From a virus, in the IMG/VR virus record IMGVR_UViG_3300023174_009221: DNA of 64,000 bases, one strand, 5' to 3'. Both the position numbers and the translations under genes were made by a program. Below are positions 1-8,859 of the stretch, one piece after another (the first letter of the stretch is position 1; each line of letters starts with the position of its first letter). The notes under the pieces are model-generated. The model was not told the DNA's origin. It made no database searches and saw only the letters and a program-made list of their open reading frames with translations.

Positions 1-113
1 TTTTCTAAGTATTTTGAGGTTTTGAGTTGTTTTTTTAAGGAAAGAAGAAAAGTATTATCCCCAGTATATGCTCTTAGTTTTTTGTTGAGTTCGATTTTCT
101 CTGTGATGTCCAT
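1..113 (-). CDS. 5' part of a hypothetical protein running off the left edge (MDITEKIELNKKLRAYTGDNTFLLSLKKQLKTSKYLE...)
   Basis: ATG at 113 on the minus strand, frame open to position 1, preceded by a Bacteroidota-type promoter at 131-162; not in the ORF track. Confidence 0.75.
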   Translation of the reverse strand, partial: MDITEKIELNKKLRAYTGDNTFLLSLKKQLKTSKYLE

Positions 114-130
114 ATTAAATTAACTTTCTA

Positions 131-162
131 CAAATATAATGTTATTATCAGTAATTTTCAAA
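131..162 (-). promoter_or_regulatory. Bacteroidota primary-sigma-type promoter (TTTG-N20-TATATTTG)
   Basis: Reverse complement matches the -33 TTTG / -7 TAnnTTTG consensus with a 20-nt spacer. Confidence 0.7.
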
Positions 163-225
163 TTTTAATCAAAAAAACTTTATCCCCAAATTATCATATA
201 AAATAAAAAAAAATATTAAATAGAT

Positions 226-717
226 ATGGAAATAACTCTACAGGCCGACGAGCTGATAAAAAGGTGCGTCTGGGACAACTATGTATATTACGTTGTTGGA
301 TCAGAAAAGGAATCGGAAAAAATACTAAAAGAAAATCAAATCATCAAACTCTCTGAAAGAGATGCGCTCGTTATAGGTTTACTTAAAGTAATTGAAACCG
401 ATAATTTAATTCATAAGTTCAATACCTACGTAGTTGAAATTCTATCCAATAAATCGATACAATCACCTCAAAAAGAGTATCTTTTAATTAGAAAAAAAAC
501 TTTTGATGCAGCGGTGGATAAATTTTTAGATAAATTTCCAAGCTATTGGCAACCTACAACTTCTTGGAGTATCGCACTTAAAGAACTTAAAATCTGTATA
601 GATGAAATAAAAAATGAATTAGAAAAATTAGAAATTCACAAAATTGTTGATAAAAACATAACCTATGAATTTTATAACTCTAACAATATAAAAAAACTAC
701 TCAAATTTAATTACTAA
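226..717 (+). CDS. hypothetical protein
   Basis: 163-aa ORF, first of a tightly packed plus-strand run. Confidence 0.75.
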   Translation: MEITLQADELIKRCVWDNYVYYVVGSEKESEKILKENQIIKLSERDALVIGLLKVIETDNLIHKFNTYVVEILSNKSIQSPQKEYLLIRKKTFDAAVDKFLDKFPSYWQPTTSWSIALKELKICIDEIKNELEKLEIHKIVDKNITYEFYNSNNIKKLLKFNY

Positions 718-719
718 TC

Positions 720-1205
720 ATGACTGAAAAGAAAAATAAAAAATCTAAAACCGAAAACATCACTCAGACCACTGACTCATCTGAAACAATATCAACCTTA
801 GAATCAAGTTTAAGAGAATCTACCGAGAAATATTTACGGCTTTCTGCCGAATTTGAAAACTATAAAAAAAGGGTTCAAAAAGAAAAAGAAGAGTTAGTCA
901 ATGGCACAAAGGTTAAAATGCTGCAATCAATTCTTGATATGGATAATGATTTAAGTTATGCCGTAAAATCTTCTAAAGAGGTAGGAAGTGGTCTAAAATT
1001 AATTATCACCAAGTTAGACACCTTTTTAAAATCTCAAGGTATAGAACCTATTCAAACCGAAACTTATGACGAAGAATTACATGAAGTTCTTTCTATTATA
1101 AAAAGCGATAAATCAGGAATAGTAGATGTGGTAAGCAAAGGCTACACCTTAAACGGTAAACCTTTTAGATATCCTAAAATAATTTTATCTCAAGGTGAAC
1201 AGTAA
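720..1205 (+). CDS. grpE: nucleotide exchange factor GrpE
   Basis: YLRLSAEFENYKKR coiled coil, LHEV, and VVSKGYTLNGK motifs. Confidence 0.92.
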   Translation: MTEKKNKKSKTENITQTTDSSETISTLESSLRESTEKYLRLSAEFENYKKRVQKEKEELVNGTKVKMLQSILDMDNDLSYAVKSSKEVGSGLKLIITKLDTFLKSQGIEPIQTETYDEELHEVLSIIKSDKSGIVDVVSKGYTLNGKPFRYPKIILSQGEQ

Positions 1206-1779
1206 ACCAAGTTTCTTTGAGATTCACAAAAACGAATCTTATAAAAATGCCCTAATTGATTCATTGACTGGCGGAATTACCGACCAGTGGATGGATTATT
1301 TTGAAATGACCTTAAATTATGTCATTTCTGAAAAGTATCATCTTTTTAATAGGAAAGAATTTTTAGGCTCATTCTACGAAGATGAAGATGAAACTCTGGA
1401 CTTAATTCTACCCACAATTAGAAGAGTTTTTGCAAAAGTTTTTGTAAGTCCACCAGGAATTTTTAGCTCACATGAGACTATACTTTCACTGATGGGTAAT
1501 ACGGGTCAAGAAAATAATTCTAAAGATTATAAATCCGACGCAAGACTGGAACTTTTTAGATTACACTATGACATTGATGAATTTATTGACTATTTAATAG
1601 AAAAATTATTAGAAAACAAAAATTGTCTTAGTAAATTTGAAAATATAGACAAGACCTCGACAACATTAGAAATTATTGTTGATAATTACATTGGAAAATT
1701 AGTAAAGTTGGTATCAGAATCTGAAAATATCTCAGAAGAAATCAGAGACTTAAAGTTAAAAAGAACCATAAAGCAGTGA
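1195..1779 (+). CDS. hypothetical protein with C-terminal RDxKL motif
   Basis: 194-aa ORF overlapping the grpE stop; ends IRDLKLKRTIKQ. Confidence 0.75.
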   Translation: MNSKPSFFEIHKNESYKNALIDSLTGGITDQWMDYFEMTLNYVISEKYHLFNRKEFLGSFYEDEDETLDLILPTIRRVFAKVFVSPPGIFSSHETILSLMGNTGQENNSKDYKSDARLELFRLHYDIDEFIDYLIEKLLENKNCLSKFENIDKTSTTLEIIVDNYIGKLVKLVSESENISEEIRDLKLKRTIKQ

Positions 1780-2090
1780 CAGATTGGTATATTGAAATAT
1801 CTGAATCGGCTCCTCTAAACTTTAAGAGCGATGATTATCTAGCAGGGGTGATAGACACAGCTAAACCATTTATGGATTACTTTTGTGAAAGGTTAACAGA
1901 GTTAAGTGATTGGAAATTAGAAGAAGCACATAGAATATTTAAAGAGATTATAGAAGAAATGCCAATTATGAGCTCGACAATTTCTGAAAATGAATTTTGG
2001 ATTAATTACAATAAGTGGGTTACAATTAGACTAACTGAAACCACTCAACAGATATATAGAGATTCCAAAATAAAACAAATATTGGCATAA
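1776..2090 (+). CDS. hypothetical protein with C-terminal RDxKI motif
   Basis: GTGA overlap with the upstream gene; ends YRDSKIKQILA. Confidence 0.75.
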   Translation: MTDWYIEISESAPLNFKSDDYLAGVIDTAKPFMDYFCERLTELSDWKLEEAHRIFKEIIEEMPIMSSTISENEFWINYNKWVTIRLTETTQQIYRDSKIKQILA

Positions 2091-2111
2091 AAATTGACAA
2101 ATTAATAAATT

Positions 2112-3182
2112 ATGAATAAAGACTATTATAACATTTTAGGAGTTGATCGAGGTGCTACTGAAGAAGAAATCAAAAAGGCTTACAGAAAATCAGCGCTTCA
2201 ATACCACCCAGACCGTAATCCAGATAATCCTGAAGCCGAATCAAAATTTAAAGAAGCAGCCGAAGCGTATGATGTTCTTTCAAATCCAGAAAAGAAATCA
2301 AACTACGACAAATTTGGAACTGCTGATCCAAATCCATTTGGCGCAGGCGGTAATCCATTTGGCGGATTTGGCCACGGCTTTTCAATGGATGATATCTTTT
2401 CACAATTTGGTGATATATTCGGTGGTGGATTTGGAAATTCAAGACAAAAAAAGACCAGAAGAGGTGGTGATTTAAGATTAAAGGTAAATTTGACAATTTC
2501 TGAAATTTTGACAGGTTGTAAAAAGAAAGTTAAATATAGAAGGCAAAAAAATTGTGAGTCTTGTAACGGAAATGGCGGATCTGATGTTAGAGATTGCTTA
2601 CCCTGTTCAGGTAGGGGAACTAGAATTGTAATTCAAAATACACCGTTTGGTCAAATGAGACACGAAAGCACTTGTCCGGATTGCGGAGGCAATGGAAAAA
2701 AAGTTGCCAAAATTTGTCAACAATGTCAAGGCGAAGGTACAAGATCAGTCGAACAAGTAGTAGATATTGACATACCAGCAGGAGTTTCAAGTGGTATGGC
2801 ACTTTCAATGCGTGGATATGGAAACGACATTAAGGGTGGAATACCGGGTGATCTGCAAGTGATTATAGAGGAGCTAAGAGAATTTTGGTTTCAGAGAGAC
2901 GGTGGCAATTTAATAGTCGAAAAAGAGATATCAGTAATAGACGCAATCGTTGGGTCACATATTAAAGTCAAAACACCACACGGAATGATACCAATTACAA
3001 TTGAACCAGGGACCACACACGGTAAATCAATTCGAGTTAGACAAAAAGGTGTCAATGATATAAACTTAGGATTAGGTGATTTAATTGTTAATATTAAAAT
3101 ACACATCCCAAACAACATCACACTTGAAGAAAAATACCTCCTACAAAAACTACAAACATCAAGAAATTTTGTAGTCGAATAA
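2112..3182 (+). CDS. dnaJ: class A chaperone DnaJ
   Basis: J domain with HPD, G/F-rich linker, four CxxCxGxG zinc motifs, C-terminal domains. Confidence 0.97.
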   Translation: MNKDYYNILGVDRGATEEEIKKAYRKSALQYHPDRNPDNPEAESKFKEAAEAYDVLSNPEKKSNYDKFGTADPNPFGAGGNPFGGFGHGFSMDDIFSQFGDIFGGGFGNSRQKKTRRGGDLRLKVNLTISEILTGCKKKVKYRRQKNCESCNGNGGSDVRDCLPCSGRGTRIVIQNTPFGQMRHESTCPDCGGNGKKVAKICQQCQGEGTRSVEQVVDIDIPAGVSSGMALSMRGYGNDIKGGIPGDLQVIIEELREFWFQRDGGNLIVEKEISVIDAIVGSHIKVKTPHGMIPITIEPGTTHGKSIRVRQKGVNDINLGLGDLIVNIKIHIPNNITLEEKYLLQKLQTSRNFVVE

Positions 3183-3204
3183 CTGAAATTTTCTATTGCT
3201 AGAT

Positions 3205-3214
3205 TTAATATATA
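3205..3214 (+). promoter_or_regulatory. TTAATATATA motif (putative phage late promoter)
   Basis: Same decamer or near match precedes virion-type genes throughout the window. Confidence 0.65.
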
Positions 3215-3233
3215 GATTAAATATATTAAAGTC

Positions 3234-4034
3234 ATGGCAGATACCAATGGATATGATGACGTGTATGTACCTTATCAAGGAGGCTACACAATCGAAGAAT
3301 TTATAGACCAAATTCAAACTGAGTTAACTATTGCTTGTGCACTTCCAAAGACACTACCAGACGCATCAATAAGACAAATCATCGAAAATAAATGCTTACC
3401 TTATTTTTATCGCAGATATCAATATGCGGTTCAAAAAATGTATTTTTTAATTCAAAAGGAAGCCTTTTTCACCGAAGAGTTCACCAGATATAATTATGTT
3501 AATGTCCCATGTGAGATACAATCAGTCATCTATCTCTATGAAGTCAGAGGGGCTTCTTTGTTTCAATTGGGTATAAACACGCCAAATCTTTCGGTAAACT
3601 TGGGGGTAACAAACCAACCTTACCTATCATCTTATGTGACAACAATTGGAGAATTAGGGGTTTATAAAACCTTATTAGACAATATGTCAGATATGTTAAA
3701 CCAGTTAAACAAATATACACTGAAGCATCACTTTAATCAGCTAAATCACAGGATTCATATTTTAACAAATGTAAACTATGATGTAATTATGGAGGCTTAC
3801 GCTAATATACCAAGAGAGAATTTATTCAAAGATGATCTTTTTTACAGACATGTTTTAGGAAATTCAAAAATTATGTTAGGGAACTTAGTAGGCAGATATG
3901 ACTTCACGCTTCCCGGTTCGGTGAAGATAAATGCGGCTGATTTAGTAACTCAAGGAAAAGAAGATGTTCAGGCAGTTGAAGATGAAATAAAAGGCCAATC
4001 AGATTCGGCTTGGTTCTATTTAGTGAAAAAATAA
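3234..4034 (+). CDS. T4 gp13-like neck (head-tail adaptor) protein
   Basis: C-terminal KIMLGNLVGRYDFTLPGSVKINAADLVTQGKEDVQAVEDEI resembles the gp13 LPGGV.LNG..I..EA..EI motif; size fits; late motif upstream. Confidence 0.75.
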   Translation: MADTNGYDDVYVPYQGGYTIEEFIDQIQTELTIACALPKTLPDASIRQIIENKCLPYFYRRYQYAVQKMYFLIQKEAFFTEEFTRYNYVNVPCEIQSVIYLYEVRGASLFQLGINTPNLSVNLGVTNQPYLSSYVTTIGELGVYKTLLDNMSDMLNQLNKYTLKHHFNQLNHRIHILTNVNYDVIMEAYANIPRENLFKDDLFYRHVLGNSKIMLGNLVGRYDFTLPGSVKINAADLVTQGKEDVQAVEDEIKGQSDSAWFYLVKK

Positions 4035-4061
4035 ACATTATCAACATCTAAAATAAAATAA

Positions 4062-4637
4062 ATGTCGATGAGATATTTATTCATAATATTGATAGCGACA
4101 CTTTGTGTGTCCCAGGTTTTTTCTAAGCCACCAGATTCATTAAAGACAGAAGACTCAATCTTAGAAATTGCAGTTGTTAAGGAGTTAAATCAGCTTAGAA
4201 GTCAAAATAATTTGTCTAATTTTGTTTTTTCTAAAACATTAAAGCAGTGGATATCAGATTCAATAACTGATTACAACATCAGATATGGCGTCAATAAATA
4301 CTTTTTGATAAATGGAATAAATGACAGCGTCAATAATCTACTATTAACTGAACTCCAAAACTCGGTAAAAAAGAATCCGCTATTTTCAGAAATAACTGAT
4401 GTTTTTATTGATCGACATTATGAAATGATTCTGCTGTTAAAATCACCGACTGCGGCCAAGATATCTGACGAATGGATTGTAAATCAACTTTTATCACATA
4501 TCAATTACTTAGATATTTTTAGATTGAAATTATTAGACCACTACGGAAATCCGGCACTTATTTCCTGTTCAATAAAACGAGAGGGAAAAAATCAACTGTC
4601 TGTAGCAATAAATATAGTTGTCTTGGGTTATTACTAA
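4062..4637 (+). CDS. secreted/periplasmic protein, possibly a divergent CAP/SCP-like domain
   Basis: Signal-peptide-like N-terminus (MRYLFIILIATLCVSQVFS); ELNQLRSQNNL resembles the start of CAP domains. Confidence 0.5.
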   Translation: MSMRYLFIILIATLCVSQVFSKPPDSLKTEDSILEIAVVKELNQLRSQNNLSNFVFSKTLKQWISDSITDYNIRYGVNKYFLINGINDSVNNLLLTELQNSVKKNPLFSEITDVFIDRHYEMILLLKSPTAAKISDEWIVNQLLSHINYLDIFRLKLLDHYGNPALISCSIKREGKNQLSVAINIVVLGYY

Positions 4638-4667
4638 AACAATTTACGATAATTTTATATAAGATTT

Positions 4668-5291
4668 ATGGAAAAAAATTTACACAAATATCAATATAGG
4701 GTTAGTAAAAAAGAAAGGCAAAATAAATACGGTCAACTTTCACCTGTGTTATGGTTTACCGGACTATCAGGCTCAGGTAAATCAACAATAGCCAATGGAG
4801 TAGAGTCAAAACTTTTTGAATTGGGTTATAAAACTTATGTACTCGACGGAGACAACATTAGAATGGGTCTTAATAAAGATCTTGGATTTTCAAATGAAGA
4901 CCGAAAAGAAAATATTAGAAGAATTTCAGAAGTCGCACAGCTTTTTTCAGATTCTGGAACACTAACTCTAACTGCCTTTATTTCACCATTTATCGAAGAT
5001 AGGGATCAAGCCAGAGAAATTATTGGAACTAATTTTATTGAAATATATGTTAGCGCCTCACTTCAAAGCTGCGAGTCAAGAGACCCAAAAGGGCTCTATA
5101 AAAAAGCTCGACTTGGTGAAATTAAAAACTTTACCGGAATTGACTCACCGTATCAGGCACCCGATTCACCGGAGATTGTTATAGATACAGACACCCTAAC
5201 AATTGAACAATCAGTTGATTTAGTTATCGAATACTTAGTTAATCAAAAAATAATCAAAAATTTAAAAATTACAGAAAATGGAATGGTCTAA
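4668..5291 (+). CDS. cysC: adenylyl-sulfate (APS) kinase
   Basis: [13 protein letters not shown]-loop, [36 protein letters not shown]. Confidence 0.97.
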   Translation: MEKNLHKYQYRVSKKERQNKYGQLSPVLWFTGLSGSGKSTIANGVESKLFELGYKTYVLDGDNIRMGLNKDLGFSNEDRKENIRRISEVAQLFSDSGTLTLTAFISPFIEDRDQAREIIGTNFIEIYVSASLQSCESRDPKGLYKKARLGEIKNFTGIDSPYQAPDSPEIVIDTDTLTIEQSVDLVIEYLVNQKIIKNLKITENGMV

Positions 5292-5748
5292 AATTAATCA
5301 CGGTGGTCAGCCCACTAACAACCCAGATAAAAAAAGAGCAATTTTTATTGGTAGATACCAACCTTATCACTGGGGTCATATCGAACTAGTAAATCAAAAA
5401 TTAAATGCTGGAGTTGCGGTTTTAATTATGGTAAGAGACATTGAACCAGATGAAAAAAATCCGTTCACAACTCAACAAACTTGTGATATGATTAAAAAGT
5501 ATCACAAATCAAAAGGAGATGATGTTGAAGTTATGATAATTCCTGATATAGAATCAGTTAATTATGGCAGAGGAGTTGGTTATGAAATTAATGAATTCAC
5601 ACCACCAGACAATATTGGATTTATCTCTGCCACTAAAATTAGAGACTCGATAAAATTAGGAGATGACAATTGGAAGCAAATGGTTGATGATTCAATACAG
5701 GGGGACATTGTGAATTACTTAATGTCTTCTGAAAGTCAAACTATTTAA
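5278..5748 (+). CDS. HxGH-superfamily (cytidylyltransferase-like) nucleotidyltransferase
   Basis: [15 protein letters not shown] and ISATKIR motifs; overlaps cysC. Confidence 0.85.
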   Translation: MEWSKINHGGQPTNNPDKKRAIFIGRYQPYHWGHIELVNQKLNAGVAVLIMVRDIEPDEKNPFTTQQTCDMIKKYHKSKGDDVEVMIIPDIESVNYGRGVGYEINEFTPPDNIGFISATKIRDSIKLGDDNWKQMVDDSIQGDIVNYLMSSESQTI

Positions 5749-5772
5749 TAATTTTTTTACCACCTTAAATCA

Positions 5773-6219
5773 ATGTCTAAAAAAGAGAACAAAACATATC
5801 AAATTAGGTTTAACACTAATTCAAAAGACGATTCATCGAGATGGCGTTTAATTGAAAATGGAAAAGAAATTATAGTCGGTGATATCATAGTTGATGGTCA
5901 TACTAAAACGACTAAGGATTGGATCGAAGAAATTGGTGATTGGAAGTGGCATATTTCATGCGTTGGTAATTGTGTGATAAAAAATAATGTGGCACATATC
6001 ACAACGATAAAACAAGAATCAACCATTGTTAGGCATATCTTAAAAACAATTTCTTATAGATTTGTTGGAACAATCACCACTGTTTCTGTTGCCTACTCAC
6101 TTGGGGCTTCTATTGAAATGTCTTCGCTTTTAGGAGTTGGTGAATTAGTTCTAAAGCCGGTCCTTTATTTTTTACACGAAAGAGTTTGGTATAAATACCT
6201 TTCAATAAAGAAAAAGTAA
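5773..6219 (+). CDS. DUF2061-like membrane domain fused to an unknown N-terminal domain
   Basis: RHILKTISYR...LYFLHERVW pattern, a family often found beside cysC. Confidence 0.75.
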   Translation: MSKKENKTYQIRFNTNSKDDSSRWRLIENGKEIIVGDIIVDGHTKTTKDWIEEIGDWKWHISCVGNCVIKNNVAHITTIKQESTIVRHILKTISYRFVGTITTVSVAYSLGASIEMSSLLGVGELVLKPVLYFLHERVWYKYLSIKKK

Positions 6220-6258
6220 AAAATATAATTTAATATATAAAAAAAATTAAATTATACC

Positions 6259-6726
6259 ATGTCTGATATAAGATCGTCTTTTTACGAAGCAATAAATAAG
6301 GCAAATACACAAAAACCGAAACCTCGTCCAAAAAAAGTTAGACCGGTTGAAAAAATTTCTTTAGAAGAACAAGTTAACCTTATCTTAAACGAATCATATT
6401 CAGCGTTAATAGATACCAGCATTGTTATTAATAACCAACCTCTTATTGATTGGCTTTGGGAAAAAACAAAGCTTGATGAAAAAGAACAACTAAGAAATCA
6501 AAAAATTGAAGAGGAATTAAAATTAATCAACGATCTAAGGGAAGTTGCTAGAAAAGAATGGAGAAACAGAATGAGAATGTTGGAATTTACAGCATTCAAT
6601 CCTTCGGCCGCCGCTGCTGCGGCATCATCTTCGGCTGGTGCGGGTGGAGGCCGATTAGTCATTACCGTTGACCCATCAACTAATACTTATGTAGTCGATG
6701 ATTACGTCGATAATTACCTTGTATAA
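6259..6726 (+). CDS. hypothetical late protein
   Basis: TTAATATATA at 6230-6239; Ala/Ser/Gly linker; acidic C-terminus. Confidence 0.7.
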   Translation: MSDIRSSFYEAINKANTQKPKPRPKKVRPVEKISLEEQVNLILNESYSALIDTSIVINNQPLIDWLWEKTKLDEKEQLRNQKIEEELKLINDLREVARKEWRNRMRMLEFTAFNPSAAAAAASSSAGAGGGRLVITVDPSTNTYVVDDYVDNYLV

Positions 6727-6769
6727 ACTCATTACCAAAGTTTTGGTGAATTAAAAATAAATAGTAAAA

Positions 6770-7003
6770 ATGAAAATTACTTTACAAAATCCGAAGAAAG
6801 TTGTTTTACAAGAAGAAAAGAGTAAAACAGTTTCAACACTAACAGTTACAAGAGTGGTTGACTTACCGAAGAAGAAAATTGTAAGAGCATTCGTAGAAGA
6901 AATCGAAGGTCCTATTACACTTTGGGAAGGCGCAGCTTATGATGCAGCTGGCCAGTGGACTGATTCTGATGTTCAAGCTAGACTTACTCAATTGTACTCT
7001 TAA
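6770..7003 (+). CDS. small hypothetical protein, possibly fibre-associated
   Basis: 77-aa ORF followed by a terminator hairpin. Confidence 0.7.
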   Translation: MKITLQNPKKVVLQEEKSKTVSTLTVTRVVDLPKKKIVRAFVEEIEGPITLWEGAAYDAAGQWTDSDVQARLTQLYS

Positions 7004-7018
7004 TATTGAAGCACTTTC

Positions 7019-7053
7019 AAAAAAGGGTCTCATTTTTATGAGACCCTTTTTTT
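7019..7053 (+). terminator. intrinsic terminator
   Basis: AAAAAAGGGTCTCAT-TTTT-ATGAGACCCTTTTTTT. Confidence 0.85.
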
Positions 7054-7103
7054 GTTTTAAACAAATAAATATTCACTTATATAATAATAAAAAAATTAAT
7101 TTA

Positions 7104-7979
7104 ATGTATTCAATCTTCCATGTAGAAGGAGGTATAGGAAAAAATATCTTAGCAACCTCTGTAATAGAATCACTCAAAAAATCAGATCCAGAAAGAGAAA
7201 TTATCGTAGTAACGGCCTGGCCTGCTGTTTGGTTCAACAATCCAAATATCTCTCAAATTTATCCACTTGGTCAAGTGGCTAACTTTTATAAAAAATTTAT
7301 TAAGAATCAAGATGTTAAAGTATTTAGACAAGACCCCTATCACACAGAAGACTATATTCTAAATAGAAAACACTTAATAAATATCTGGTGTGATTTGATT
7401 GGGGTAGAAAATAAATCACAAGGTCCAAATTTACACTTCTCACCACTTGAATTACAAAGTGTTCAATTAAAAATGTTAAGCGGTGCTCAAAAACCAATAT
7501 TCTTACTACACTCAAATGGCGGAGGCCAAAGTGGTAGACCTTACTCTTGGTACAGAGATATTCCAATTCAAAATTTACAAGATATTGTAGAATACTTTAA
7601 AAACGATTACCATATTTATCAAATTGGATATGAAAATCAACTAATGATAGAAGGGTGTCACAGATTAACATTAGACACTAGAGAAATTTTAGCAAGTGTT
7701 ATATTTTGTAGAAAAAGATTACTGATTGATTCCTTTTCTCAACACGCTGCTGCTGCGTTGGGTCAAAAATCAGTTGTGTGTTGGGTTGGAAATAAACCAG
7801 AAGTATTAGGTTACGCATCACATATTAATGTGGTTCCAAACATTGAGCCAAAATTTGATACGCTACACTCTTCGTATCTAGATGACGCTGATATCTCAGG
7901 AAATCCAATTCAATTTCCATACGATAGACTCAAAATCTTTGATTCAAATGAGATAATAAATAAATTAATAGAACTATGA
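7104..7979 (+). CDS. GT-B glycosyltransferase, GT9/heptosyltransferase-like
   Basis: HVEGGIGKNI start, YQIG, LLIDSFSQHAAAALG, VLGYASHIN. Start moved from 6939 to ATG 7104 because the longer frame crosses a terminator. Confidence 0.8.
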   Translation: MYSIFHVEGGIGKNILATSVIESLKKSDPEREIIVVTAWPAVWFNNPNISQIYPLGQVANFYKKFIKNQDVKVFRQDPYHTEDYILNRKHLINIWCDLIGVENKSQGPNLHFSPLELQSVQLKMLSGAQKPIFLLHSNGGGQSGRPYSWYRDIPIQNLQDIVEYFKNDYHIYQIGYENQLMIEGCHRLTLDTREILASVIFCRKRLLIDSFSQHAAAALGQKSVVCWVGNKPEVLGYASHINVVPNIEPKFDTLHSSYLDDADISGNPIQFPYDRLKIFDSNEIINKLIEL

Positions 7980-8782
7980 GAGAAATTCATTTCATTAGTG
8001 GACTACCAAGAAGTGGCTCTACATTACTAACAAATGTTCTTTTACAAAATCCAAAATTTGCGACAACAGCAACTTCTTCTCTTTTAGAATTTCTTCTTCA
8101 AATTAGAGACAATTGGAATAAATTAGAAGGACATAAAGTTTATCCAGATGGACAAGATAAATGGTCAGTCATTAGATCAATAATGCAAAATTATCATAAA
8201 ACGGATAAGAATATTATTTTTGATAAAAACCGTGGATGGACTACACATATTGAGTTTGTAGAAAAAGTTACTGGTAAAAAACCAAAAATTATCGCGTGTG
8301 TAAGAAACTTAGAAGATATATGTTCATCTTTTGAGAAATTGTTTAGAAGAAATAGAGCCGATGGTGAGATACATGGTGAATTTTCAAATCCAAAAATGAA
8401 AACCATCGATGGTAGGGTTGAAGTTTGGGTTGCTGACGAAGGTGTTATAGGAAGACCGTATGTTTCATTACTCGATACTCTGCAACGCGGACTGGGTGAT
8501 AGAATTTTAATTTTTCCATACGAAGAATGGACAGCTAATCCCGAGATGTGGTTTAGAAAATTGTATGATTTTATTGGAGAAGATTATTTTCAACATGATT
8601 TTAATAATATAGTTCAAACCATTAGAGAAAATGACGCTGGTTATGGCTGGGGAGAAAATCTCCATGAATTAAGAACCGGTAAATTAGAATATTTAAAATC
8701 TGACGCCACAAAAATATTAGGAGATATTTGGCCAAAAAAACTACATAATACCGAATTTTGGAAAAAAATGAAAAAATCCTAA
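7976..8782 (+). CDS. PAPS-dependent sulfotransferase
   Basis: 5'-PSB motif SGLPRSGSTLL, 3'-PB motif VRNLEDICSSF, later YEE..NP; ATGA-coupled to the GT. Confidence 0.9.
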   Translation: MREIHFISGLPRSGSTLLTNVLLQNPKFATTATSSLLEFLLQIRDNWNKLEGHKVYPDGQDKWSVIRSIMQNYHKTDKNIIFDKNRGWTTHIEFVEKVTGKKPKIIACVRNLEDICSSFEKLFRRNRADGEIHGEFSNPKMKTIDGRVEVWVADEGVIGRPYVSLLDTLQRGLGDRILIFPYEEWTANPEMWFRKLYDFIGEDYFQHDFNNIVQTIRENDAGYGWGENLHELRTGKLEYLKSDATKILGDIWPKKLHNTEFWKKMKKS

Positions 8783-8802
8783 CCCAAAGTTAGGATTTTT
8801 TT
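8771..8802 (+). terminator. intrinsic terminator
   Basis: AAAAAATCCTAAC-CCAAA-GTTAGGATTTTTTT. Confidence 0.8.
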
Positions 8803-8859
8803 ATTTTTTATTTTTTTTGAAATTAGACTTTTAATATATAAAAAAAATTAAATAAAATT

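Noticed and set aside
6939-7103. 55-aa N-terminal extension of the GT9-like ORF
   Set aside because: Overlaps the upstream gene and crosses a terminator and promoter-like region; ATG 7104 fits the family start
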